A DNA stretch of 64,000 nt from Octopus sinensis (lineage: Eukaryota). The stretch spans positions 1 to 64,000 of the forward strand of contig NW_021833942.1 in the NCBI RefSeq assembly GCF_006345805.1, in the 5' to 3' direction. Under the pieces are notes generated by a model. That model did not search any database. It had not been told where the DNA came from and saw only the letters and a program-made list of their open reading frames with translations. Shown here piece by piece: positions 53,137-64,000 of this stretch. Position numbers and translations under genes: made by a program. The first letter of the stretch is position 1. The number at the start of each line of letters is the position of its first letter.

Positions 53137-53298
53137 CGTACGTACATACATACATACATACATACATACATACATACATACATACATACATACACACATA
53201 CGTACATACATACGTACGTACATGCATACATACATGCATACATACATACATACATACATACATACATACATACATACATACATACGTACGTACATACA

Positions 53299-53328
<30 letters not shown>
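52920..53328. repeat. (TACA)n/(TACG)n array
   Basis: Direct reading. Confidence 0.95.
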
Positions 53329-53329
<1 letters not shown>

Positions 53330-53949
53330 CATTTAAGGTACACAGGATTTAATTTCGAGTTATTATTAGTTTCATGCTGTGAAAGCACAATTGTCGGGCA
53401 AACTTATATAGTGTGCGATATGTTTCCAAGAAATTTTTCAGACTGAAGGTATACAACGAGAAGGAACCGAATTCAAAAGAAGAAGAAGAAGAAAGAAAAT
53501 TGACAAGTGCGTCTCTTTGGCCCGTTTAAATCAGAATGAAACTGGGTGATGTAACTTAATTCAATAAGGAGATAGACAAAGTTTGTGACACTGCGTGGTT
53601 AATCCGAAGAGGGTGGTCCTTTCTAGTTCCATATAAGAACTTTGTCCATTTGATAGATAATTTAGATCTGGAATTTAGTAGATTAGCAGAGTTCTTAGAT
53701 CTAAACAAAGCTTACGTCGCATTGGACCCATCAACGCATGGAATGGATATCTCCACAATGTTCTATGTGAGGATGTGAGGTATGCAGTTGGCTTTTAGGT
53801 GCCTGATAATGGTATCTAAATTCCTAAATTTCTTCTTATCATTCACGTGCCGGAAAAAATAACTGGTGGCTAGAATATTTTTTAAAATCACTTTCGCATA
53901 CTTACATATGTATACACACACAAACACACACACGCTCAGAGTGACCAGG

Positions 53950-55060
53950 CATACAGGCACTTTAACCTCGACAGTTTCTCCCTCTTTCGTCTAATCAAAG
54001 CATTCATTCATGCGGAAGGTTCTTCTGTTACTCGCAGTTTATTTGGGGTTCCGACTAATGTGTAATGAATAAACAGAAATATTGAATCTCTACTATATGT
54101 AAAATATGCAGTAATCTTCTAAATCTATTTCTTTGATTGGTATAACCACAAATAAATTGGTATTCCTGACTTAGAAATGAAAGTAACTTTTCTCCCAACT
54201 ATTTGTCGTGGATAGAATTGTTTGAAGAGCGACTCAGAGTTTTTCTGGTTGTATCATATAATAGGTGTAAGTGTGCCGCGAGAAATAATATTGTCTAGCA
54301 GAGCTTCAGCATTGCCTGAAATATGAGAATTTCCACCTTCGTTAAAGATGTGCTATGTACCTTAAATTTTCGCTTTATTGAATAAAACTGACACGGACCT
54401 CTCTTAAAAGCATCATGTTTTTGTAATTATATTCAAAGAATTACATTTAGAAATATTATATAATCTCGTCAGGAATTAGTGAAATATGTTCAAAAGATAT
54501 TCTGCATCAACTGGTTTACAAATATAATATTGGTATTTATGTTGGACGAAACGTAAAACATTTCAAATGGAACCCCGAATAATTATCGTCTTTGCCTCTT
54601 TACAACTAATTCCTCATCCCCACCTCTCTTACTTTAACTCTATGATAATATAATATTTCCCAAATATTTGTATTTACTCATAAATTTTATGATTATTCTG
54701 CAAATCCTAGTAATTCGGAATGTTCGAATGTAATTCTCCATGTTGCTGTAGAGTTTGCTAAATCAATATTTTAAAAGAGTTTAATGCTGATAGCTTTAAG
54801 AATTACAGAAGCTTTTGGTCATAAAATGCTGGTGATGATATACCAATCCATACTAGCATATTGATGTGATTAACTAGAATGGAATTATATTGAATTGTTC
54901 GTCTAAGTCCATTCCTGTATATTAGATATTTGCTCAGACAATGCTAGTATACTATCAATATGATCTAATTCTCTTGGAGATTAACCCAGGCATGAGATTC
55001 CTATAAATATTGCAGAACGAGATAGAAATCTGTTTAATAATTCGTTGAATTGGGATTATA
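53950..55060 (-). mobile_element. Possible highly decayed LINE ORF2
   Basis: Non-repetitive sequence with KYKYLG (RT-7-like) in one frame; many stops. Confidence 0.2.
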
Positions 55061-55230
55061 ACAAAAGAAGAGACACAAAAATAAAGAAAATAAAAATGTA
55101 TATATGTTTACACACTTAAAATCACGCAGTTACACAGTCAGTCATTGCAACAAAGTGATATATCTCACAAGAAAATGTACAGGGAAATGAACAGACCACA
55201 GTATATAACCGGTATTTATTTTATCGACTT

Positions 55231-55402
55231 AGGCGCAGAATTGGCTGTGTGGTAAGTAGCTTGCTAACCAACCACATGGTTCCGGGTTCAGTCCCACTGC
55301 GTGACATCTTGGGCAAGTGTTTTCTGCTATAGCCTCGGGCCGACTAATGCCTTGTGAGTGGATTTGGTAAACGGAAACTGAAAGAAGCCTGTCGTATATA
55401 TG

Positions 55403-55433
<31 letters not shown>

Positions 55434-55645
55434 TTGTGTGTGTGTATGTCTGTGTTTGTCCCCCTAGCATTGCTTGACAACCGATGCTGGTGTGTTTATG
55501 TCCCCGTTACTTAGGGGTTCGGCAAAAGAGACCGATAGAATAAGTAATGGAGCTTACAAAAGAATAAGTCCCGGGGTCGAGTTGCTCGATTAAAGGCGGT
55601 GCTCCAGCATGGCCGCAGTCAAATGACTGAAACAAGTAAAAGAAT
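55231..55645 (+). mobile_element. SINE family A
   Basis: Matches 1162-1584. Confidence 0.9.
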
Positions 55646-55789
55646 AAAAAGAAAAGAAAGAATTATCAAAGCCGGATAGATAATGCTTGGCATATGAAGT
55701 CTGAGCTAAATACTTCGTAAATATATGCAAGGAGGAACCGTTTAGAATACATGCGCACAAACGTACATACAAACATACAAACATACAAG

Positions 55790-56210
55790 TATGCGCAGGC
55801 GTGGTTGTGTGGTTACTATTTTCTTCCCTACCACATGACTCAGGGCTCGGTCGCACTGCGTGGCTCCTTGAGCAAGTGTCTGTTACTATAGCCTCGGGCC
55901 GACCAAAGCCTTGTGAGTGAATTTGTTATACGGAAACAGAAAGAAGTCCGGCATATATATGTGTGTGTGTGTGTGCATGTGTGTGAGTGTGTGTGTGTTT
56001 CTGTCTGTGTTTGTCTCCCAGCACCGCTTGTCAACCGGTGTTGGTTTGCTTCTATCCACGTAACATAGTTATTCGGAAAAAAAGTACCCGATAAAATGAA
56101 TACCGGGCTTAAAAATTTCCTGGGGTCGATTCAGTCGATTAAAAGTTCTTCAAGGTGATGCCCCAGCATGGCCGCAGTCTAATCATGGAAACATGCAAAA
56201 GAATAAAAGA
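55790..56210 (+). mobile_element. Older, diverged SINE family A-like copy
   Basis: CCTTGAGCAAGTGTC..TATAGCCTCGGGCCGACCAAAGCCTTGTGAGTG..CCCCAGCATGGCCGCAG. Confidence 0.75.
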
Positions 56211-56402
56211 CACACACACACACACACATACATATATTAAATACACACACATGCATCATAAGAATTGTACGAACATTTGAGAGTAGCTGAAACAATTAAT
56301 TTCGAGAAAGTCTCAGCCGACACAAATCTGTAAATAATAGGCGTTTTCCACTTTTACTATCCTGCTTTCAACCCAATAATTGCTTGGTACTATTTATAGC
56401 AT

Positions 56403-56699
56403 GTGGAGGCACATGGCCTAGTGGTTAGAGCAGCAGACTCGCGGTTTCGAATCCCAGACTGGGCGATGTGTGTGTTTATGAGCGAAACACCTAAGCTCCA
56501 CGCGGCTCCGGCAGAAGGTAATGGCGAACTTCTGCTGACATCTTCGCCACAACTTTCTCTCATTCTTTCCTCCTGCATCTTGCAGCTCACCTGCGACAGA
56601 CCGGCGTCCCGTCCAGGTGGGGAACCTATACGCCAAGGAAACCGGGAAAACGGCCCTTATGAGTCAGGCATGGCTCGAGAAGGAACAAACAACAAAACA
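56403..56699 (+). mobile_element. SINE family E
   Basis: TSD ATTTATAGCAT at 56392-56402 and 56700-56710; matches 41091-41395. Confidence 0.88.
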
Positions 56700-56772
56700 A
56701 TTTATAGCATGATGTGTATGCTTCGAGATATTCCACCTCTATGTGTATGTATGTATGTATGTATACATACAT

Positions 56773-57296
56773 GTGGAGGCGCAATGGCCCAGTGGTTAGG
56801 GCAGCGGACTCGCGGTCGTAGGATCGCGGTTTCGATTCCCAGACCGGGCGTTGTGAGTGTTTATTGAGCGAAAACACCTAAAGCTCCACGAGGCTCCGGC
56901 AGAGGATGGTGGTGATCCCTGCTGTACTCTTTCACCACAACTTTCTCTCACTCTTACTTCCAGTTTCTGTTGTACCTGTATTTCAAAGGGCGGCCTTGTC
57001 ACTCTCTGTGTCACGCTGAATATCCCCGAGGCTCTGGCAGGGGATGGTGGTGATCCCTGCTGTACTCTTTCACCACAACTTTCTCTCACTCTTACTTCCT
57101 GTTTCTGTTGTACCTAGATTTCAAAGGGGCCGGTCTTGTCACTCTCTGTGTCACGCTGAATATCCCCGAGAACTACGTTAAGGGTACACGTGTCTGTGGA
57201 GTGCTCAGCCACTTACACGTTAATTTCACGAGCAGGCTGTTCCGTTGATTCGGATCAACCGGAACCCTCCTCGTCGCAACCGACGGAGTGCTTCCA
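56773..57296 (+). mobile_element. SINE family R with a 138-bp internal tandem duplication
   Basis: GAGGCTC..GATGGTGGTGATCCC unit starts at 56890 and 57028; flanks ATGTATACATACAT / ATGTATACACACAT. Confidence 0.9.
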
Positions 57297-57373
57297 TGTA
57301 TACACACACATAAATATATGTATATAAATTTATATACCCCCCCATATATATATATATGTATCTATACGCACAT

Positions 57374-57518
57374 GTGGAGGCGCAATGGCCCAGTGGTTAG
57401 AGCAGCGGACTCGCGGTCGTAGGATCGCGGTTTCGATTCCCAGACCGGGCGTTGTGAGTGTTTATTGAGCGAAAACACCTAAAGCTCCACGAGGCTCCGG
57501 CAGGGATGGTGGTGATCC
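57374..57518 (+). mobile_element. SINE family R, 3'-truncated
   Basis: Head identical to family R, ends in (TA)n. Confidence 0.88.
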
Positions 57519-57541
57519 ATATATATATATGTATCTCGAAT

Positions 57542-57578
<37 letters not shown>

Positions 57579-58195
57579 CACCACTTTCACTTATGCTCGC
57601 TTCGAATACACTCTCGTGCTTGTATCCTAACATCCAGCCGTTCTTCCTTCTCACCGCTCCATAGAATAGCTTTCTCATTCAGTTGCTCACCCTTTGCACA
57701 CTTTTTTGCTTGGCATTGCACATTTTTCTTTCTACCGCTTTGAAAGGCAGTAGAAATAAAAAAAAAGCATCCCACATTTTTCTTTACTTATGAAGGACTG
57801 TTAATTACGATCATTCTCGTCGTTAAAATTCTTCATGAGGCAGGCTGGAAGCAATAAATTGTAATGAAACACAATCTAACTCTATAGGAATAGAGCATTC
57901 GATAAATCTTTCCAAATCTGTGCTTCGTCTTTTCAGGTTTTTGTCTGGGCAGTGTTTGGAAGGCTTCCGTACGATATTAACGATGATTAGAAAAATCAAT
58001 TATGGATGCTTCTAAACTGGTGTGGTTTAACCGAGAATCGATCTGTGATAGGAGATTTAGCACTCTCTCTACATAATTTCTTGCAGCCATACTGATTATT
58101 AAAATTTCCGTTCTAGTAGAAAAAAAAAAGAAAAAAGAAAAAAATGTATCGCACACAAAAGAGAGTAAATGCAGAAATATTAATTTCAGAACTCT

Positions 58196-58622
58196 TATCT
58201 CTCTTTTTACTCTTTTACTCTTTTACTTGTTTCAGTCATTTGACTGCGGCCATGCTGGAGCACCGCCTTTAATCGAGCAACTCGACCCCGGGACTTATTC
58301 TTTGTAAGCCCAGTACTTATTCTATCGGTCTCTTTTGCCGAACCGCTAAGTGACGGGGACATAAATACACCAGCATCGGTTGTCAAGCAATGCTAGGGGG
58401 ACAGACGCACAAATACACACATATACACATACATACATACATATACATATATACGACGGGCTTCTTTCAGTTTCCGTCTACCACATACACTCACAAGGCA
58501 TTGGTCGGCCCGAGGCTATAGTAGAAGACACTTGCCTGCCCAAGGTGCCACGCAGTGGGACTGAACTCAGAACCATGTGGTTGGTAAACAAGCTACTTAC
58601 CACACAGCCACTCCTGCGCCTA
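58196..58622 (-). mobile_element. SINE family A
   Basis: Reverse complement of 1162-1584. Confidence 0.9.
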
Positions 58623-59916
58623 TAAAATTACAAAGAACAAGAAATGAATATGCAGTGGATATCCATCCGCGTTCCGTTGAAAACGAAAAAGCGGAGGACC
58701 GGAAACTGTTAAAAAAATATTGCTTAGAAACAGCTCCGGCAGACACGAAAGTGTATGTATCAAACATAGTTCAGTTAAAAAGAGAAACTAGTATTGTGTT
58801 TCAATCAATAAAAGACCTGGCTGCTAGAAACTCAAACTTCATTCGTTTGTCTAAAGTTACCTGCCACTATAAAAACAAAATGAGATAATATAAATATATT
58901 AAAACAGAGGACGTCAGTTGCTTTTTCTGATGTATTCAGAGATTTTGAATAGAAAGGCATTAATGTAAACACATACATTATTTAAACATATGATTAATAT
59001 GAAAATCCCAATTGAAAATAAAGTACAAAGCAAAAAAAACATCTTTCTTCTGGGAAATGTATTTTTTACTTATTTATCTGCATCCGTTTTGTTTACGTTG
59101 TTCAAACAATAAACGAGACTTTGAGTAATGCAAGAAAAAGGAAAATTTATTGTCTGTAAATATTAAATAGTGTTTGTGCGGTGTAAACACTTCCTCTGTT
59201 TTCAATCATTGTGCCCCCCCCCCTCTCTCTCTCTCCCCCCAGCTCGTTCTTCTTTCTCTTTCGTTTATAATCGATATACCGATATACAAATGTAAAGAAC
59301 ATTTGAAAAGAAAGTGTGACGATGCCTCCTCCAACACATACATAGTTATGACACGTTAACCTTTTATTCACAAACAGAGCGAAGTAAATCAATTTCTTTT
59401 TATATATATATATTAAATTGTCAAAAGAAGAAGAAACAAAGAGGGAAAAACGCATGAAACTTCAAACTACAAAATCTTGATTGGAAAAGAAAAATTGCTT
59501 TAGTTTAATGTAATATATGTCGGAATACAACGGAAGCAACACAACAACAGACAACTTTATTACTAAATTCGTGACTTGAATGGCTGTAGAACAGTATTTC
59601 TGTTGCGGTGTTTATATTTTCAAAGTATGTCTTGTTAGTAGGTAACCTGGTTGATTGGACGTATTAATGTAATTAAATGTTGAAAATGGTTGAAGTGAGA
59701 TACGAGTAAAATTGTTTCCTCTTTAATTGGTTCAAACTATATGACTATGGCCACGCTGGAGCAACACTAGCAGCGACCATAATGTTGGAGATATTGATAG
59801 AGACAAGGAAGGCTGATGTTAGTTACACGGCGATAAGTATATAAACCATGAAGACCTTTGCAGAGTCAGAAGCACTGAATAGATGGTGCTTAGTTTCTAA
59901 GTGTATTGGAGTGAGC

Positions 59917-60307
59917 GTGGAGGCGCAATGGCCCAGTGGTTAGGGCAGCGGACTCGCGGTCATAGGATCGCGGTTTCGATTCCCAGACCGGGCGTTGTGA
60001 GTGTTTATTGAGCGAAAACACCTAAAGCTCCACGAGGCTCCGGCAGGGGATGGTGGTGATCCCTGCTGTACTCTTTCACCACAACTTTCTCTCACTCTTA
60101 CTTCCTGTTTCTGTTGTACCTGTATTTCAAAGGGCCGGCCTTGTCACTCTCTGTGTCACGCTGAATCTCCCCGAGAACTACGTTAAGGGTGCACGTGTCT
60201 GTGGAGTGCTCAACCACTTACACGTTAATTTCACGAGCAGGCTGTTCCGTTGATTTTGATTCGGATCAACCGGAACCCTCATCGTCGTAACCGACGGAGT
60301 GCTTCCA
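59917..60307 (+). mobile_element. SINE family R, full length
   Basis: TSD GTATTGGAGTGAG at 59903-59915 and 60312-60324. Confidence 0.92.
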
Positions 60308-60489
60308 GTGCGTATTGGAGTGAGTGAAGTTATATACAAGTTTTTGTTGTGGAGTATAATTTTCAGCTCTTGGGAAGGCGTGGCTATTTACATATGAATA
60401 TATTGCGCATATACCCGTGTATAGGCGTATAAGTGTATGAAGTTGTATGCATAACTGTTAATAACTGAATACAGATATATACATATGTA

Positions 60490-61290
60490 TATCAGTCCTC
60501 AGTTTTATTTCAAGATTTCTTGCCAATACAGATTGAGCCGGGTTCTAATCGAGATTCAAGGCTCCTTCATTGGAATTTCAACATTAACAACAAGGTATTT
60601 TTGTATGTATGTATGTAGTATGCATATGTGCAGATTTGTATGTATTCTGATGCATATAATTGCATATCTAGACATGCTCATATATATTTAAATGATAAAC
60701 TTTTGGAAAGTTTTACAGAGTTTCATAGTTCCAGTGATGGATTGGATTTGTAGACTTCGAACTAACTTTCTCCTATCTGGTTTTGTGAAGCCTAATTTCT
60801 CAAGATTGGTATTTAGGCAGTGTATTATAAACCTGAACTTGTGATCTGGATAGAGTAACTGTAGATTTCTCAATAGTTCAGCATAGGTGTTCTCTTTTTC
60901 ACTGATCTTCAGCTTTATGTTAACATCCGCTGAGCTGCTAATTTCCACAATTATGCACAGTTTCTATTCTCGATCCCAAATCACTATGTCAGGTCTGTTG
61001 TGCTTACATTTTATTGAGGTCTTCACTGGGACATTCTATCAGCACTCCTTTTTATTATGAGTGGCTATGGCTTCTACCATACTGTGGGTTTTTGTTTCTT
61101 TGTCCTCGGGATTATCCATCCTACTGATTTCATTATAGAGTGTCCTAGCGCAAACATCATATCTCATCGGTAGATAATACCGTGATGATATTTTCAGAAA
61201 GCTGCTTATGATGTCGGTGATATTTTGGGTGTTAACACCACAAAGTCTTCATCGGTTGTCACATTCTACTGCTTTTCCTGCATCTCTATA
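60490..61290 (-). mobile_element. R4/Dong-clade 3' fragment (family 3): CCHC knuckle + RLE + 3' UTR
   Basis: DNR*RLCGVNTQNITDIISS..RYYLPMRYD..; KHNRPDIVIWDRE*KLCIIVEISSSADVNIKLKISEKENTYAELL..SITGTMKLCKTFQKFII*. Confidence 0.88.
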
Positions 61291-61311
61291 ACTTTTGTGC
61301 ATCAGGTACGT

Positions 61312-61406
61312 ACGTATGTATGTGTGCATGCATGTATATATTTATGTATGTATGTATGTATGTATTTATGTATGTATGTATGTATGTATGTATATATTTA
61401 TGTATG

Positions 61407-61440
<34 letters not shown>

Positions 61441-61535
61441 TGTATTTATGTATGTATGTATGTATGTATGTATGTATGTATGTATGTATGTATGTATGCA
61501 TGCATGTATATATGTATGTATGTATGTATGTATGT
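61312..61535. repeat. (TATG)n array
   Basis: Direct reading. Confidence 0.95.
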
Positions 61536-61907
61536 ACCGTTTCGAAACGATAAAAATTTCTAAGACAACAGCTGACGATGCGATATCTGTACTTATCTAA
61601 GAATTTTAGTTGTTTTTGTGTTGTTCTTTTGGTATCGTTCATTTCACTGCTTGTACATTCACTTTTTATGGGTCTTACGTTTCAACATTTTCATATTCAG
61701 CAGCGCTTTGATCAGTTCTTCTTCGATTGATGATTATAACGTGGTGTGTCCTACTTTTGCCTGGAAGACATCTCTTTTTCTCTCTAGCTTTAATTACGCA
61801 TTTGTTTTTCTTTCATTTAATTTTCTGAAGCATGCAACTGATGTCAGTTTGTAGGGAATTTGGTGCCTGCATCGGTGATTGGGTGCTAAAACGGTGGTTT
61901 TGTGACA

Positions 61908-62313
61908 AGGCGCAAGAGTGGCTGTGTGGTAAGTAGCTTGCTTACGAACCACATAGTTCCGGGTTCAGTCCCACTGCGTGGCACCTTGGGCAAGTGTCTT
62001 CTACTATAGCCTCGGGCCGACCAAAGCCTTGTGAGTGGAGTTGGTAGACGGAAACTGAAAGAAGCCCGTCGTATATATGTATATAAATGTATATATATGT
62101 GCGCGTGTATGTTTGTGTTTGTCCCCCTACCATTGCTTGACCACCGATGCTGGTGTGTTTATGTCCCCGTCACTTAGCGGTTCGGCAAAAGAGACCGATA
62201 GAATAAGTACTGGGCTTACAAAAGAATAAGTCCCGGGTTTGAGTTGCTCGATTAAAGGCGGTGCTCCAGCATGGCCGCAGTCAAATGACTGAAACAAGTA
62301 AAAGAGTGAAAGA
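61908..62313 (+). mobile_element. SINE family A
   Basis: Matches 1162-1584. Confidence 0.9.
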
Positions 62314-62738
62314 GTATATATATAGAAATACACACACACACACAGATGTCTGCATACAGATACGTAAATACACATTCATACATGAGGATGAGCTCCTGTC
62401 TTGCTCTCAGTTTAGTCATCCTTGATTGGGAGTGACTACAAAGAGTAAAGGCGATGTAGATAAATATTCGTGTGAGATGGGCACATCTGGATATCTAATT
62501 ATTGATGATGTTTCATGGTTTATTACTAGTATTCTTGATAAGGCTGCGCGCTGGCAGAATGCTCTGCGGTATTTTGTCCGTCTTTAAGTTTTGTATTCAG
62601 ATTCCGTCGAGGTCAACTTTGCCTTTCATCCTTTCGTGATCAATAAAACTGGTACCAGACAAGCACTGGAGGTAGATAGATATGTGCATTGCCCCCCAGT
62701 TACCATAATTGAAGTATATATGTTTTCGATCTCGTTTG

Positions 62739-62818
62739 GATTCTTTGCCATCAAATTTGATTGCAAGGAATTCAAAGTTGAGGGCAAAGAATTCCAATTT
62801 GATGGCAAAGAATTCAAA
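62739..62818. repeat. 21-bp minisatellite (3 units) preceded by an inverted unit
   Basis: Units at 62756, 62777 and 62798; 18-bp perfect IR at 62740-62757 / 62796-62813. Confidence 0.85.
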
Positions 62819-62988
62819 CTAGATCGAGAACATCTATATTTATATACATGTGTATATATATCTGCAAACAAACTCGTCAACACCCACACATCACACACAC
62901 ACACACACACATATATAAATGTAAATGTAAGGATGTATAAATGCATATGAATTCTATGTACATATGCTTGCGCATTGTGTATGTGTGA

Positions 62989-63030
<42 letters not shown>

Positions 63031-64000
63031 CTGTGTGCGTGTGTAATATGCATGCTATTCTTTGTATATTCAATTTTCTGTCTCTATACTCTATTTGTTG
63101 AAAGTGGTTTGCAGACGTTTCATTCACTGATATTTATATACCAAAAGTTCGATTTTTAATTTATTTCTTCAAACCCTTTTATTCTGTGTATGGTTTATGT
63201 ATTGTGTAAAGGAAGTTACTGATATGATGATTCATAGATACTTAATTAGGCCTTTTGCGTGACACGTACATGTTTGTTTTATGCTGCAGTTGTAACAATC
63301 TATACAGCTTCCGTGTAGATATTAACAATGATATTCTGTTGTGGAAACACTCGGAAAACTATCTATGTTTAATTATTAGGAAACGGCTGGATATCTCTGT
63401 CAGAAGTAATACGCCCCTCATGTACAAAATAACAACAACGCAGACGTAATTCAATATATATGATAACCGTTCCAGAACGGACAGCTAAATTAATATCGTA
63501 TTGGGAAAATCAATTACAAACTAATACAATAATTACTCATGACGTTGATTAATCATTAGGCACTGTACTAAGATGAGTGTGTTGCCTAATAGAGGGAAAT
63601 AAACCAAATGCAAGAGTAAAAACCACCTTTAAATCCAAGGATTTACGGATGTAAGAATAAATCTGAGGTGAAAAATATATTGCAGACGTATATGTAGTTA
63701 GATTTTCGGATGCTTCTAACTGTGCGAAGTATCCCTGTAGAATGTGATAACCTGGAGAGATTTCGCTTCAGAAATACTAAGCTTATAGCTTGGTGTTTTG
63801 CATCGTTATTGTGCTGCTCAAGTGGTCCATCGGGGACTCGGCCCTCAACGAATCAGGATGTGTATATGCTGACGTAAGAGATTTGGTTCACCACGTGTAC
63901 ATCGTCCATTTCTGAAGTCACGCAGTCACTCGTACCCCAGGAAATGTTACCGTCTTTAACTTTTTACCAAGAACGAAACCTTAGCAACTCGCAACCAAAC

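Noticed and set aside
57587-57775. Tc1/mariner-like ILWSGEK motif
   Set aside because: Single short motif with no supporting catalytic residues or TIR

Overview
AT-rich, microsatellite-saturated eukaryotic DNA that looks like octopus (coleoid cephalopod) intronic or intergenic sequence. The taxon is inferred from repeat families and microsatellite density, not checked against a database. No complete gene can be read, and nearly all ORF-track entries are translations of simple repeats. The window is dominated by: (i) about six tRNA-headed SINE families, many copies with 11-14 bp target-site duplications; (ii) decayed non-LTR retrotransposons, namely three distinct R4/Dong-clade families sitting in microsatellites, HERO-like RLE elements, a CR1 3' end and RTE-like traces; (iii) two maT/DD37D-type mariner remnants; (iv) Penelope-type terminal units with minimal hammerhead-ribozyme-like motifs; (v) long inverted repeats. 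The best host-gene signal is a minus-strand terminal coding exon (52231-52417, unknown protein), followed within about 170 bp by a ~395-bp foldback with a perfect 76-bp palindromic core. Several small exon candidates, including a 15-nt micro-exon, remain unproven.
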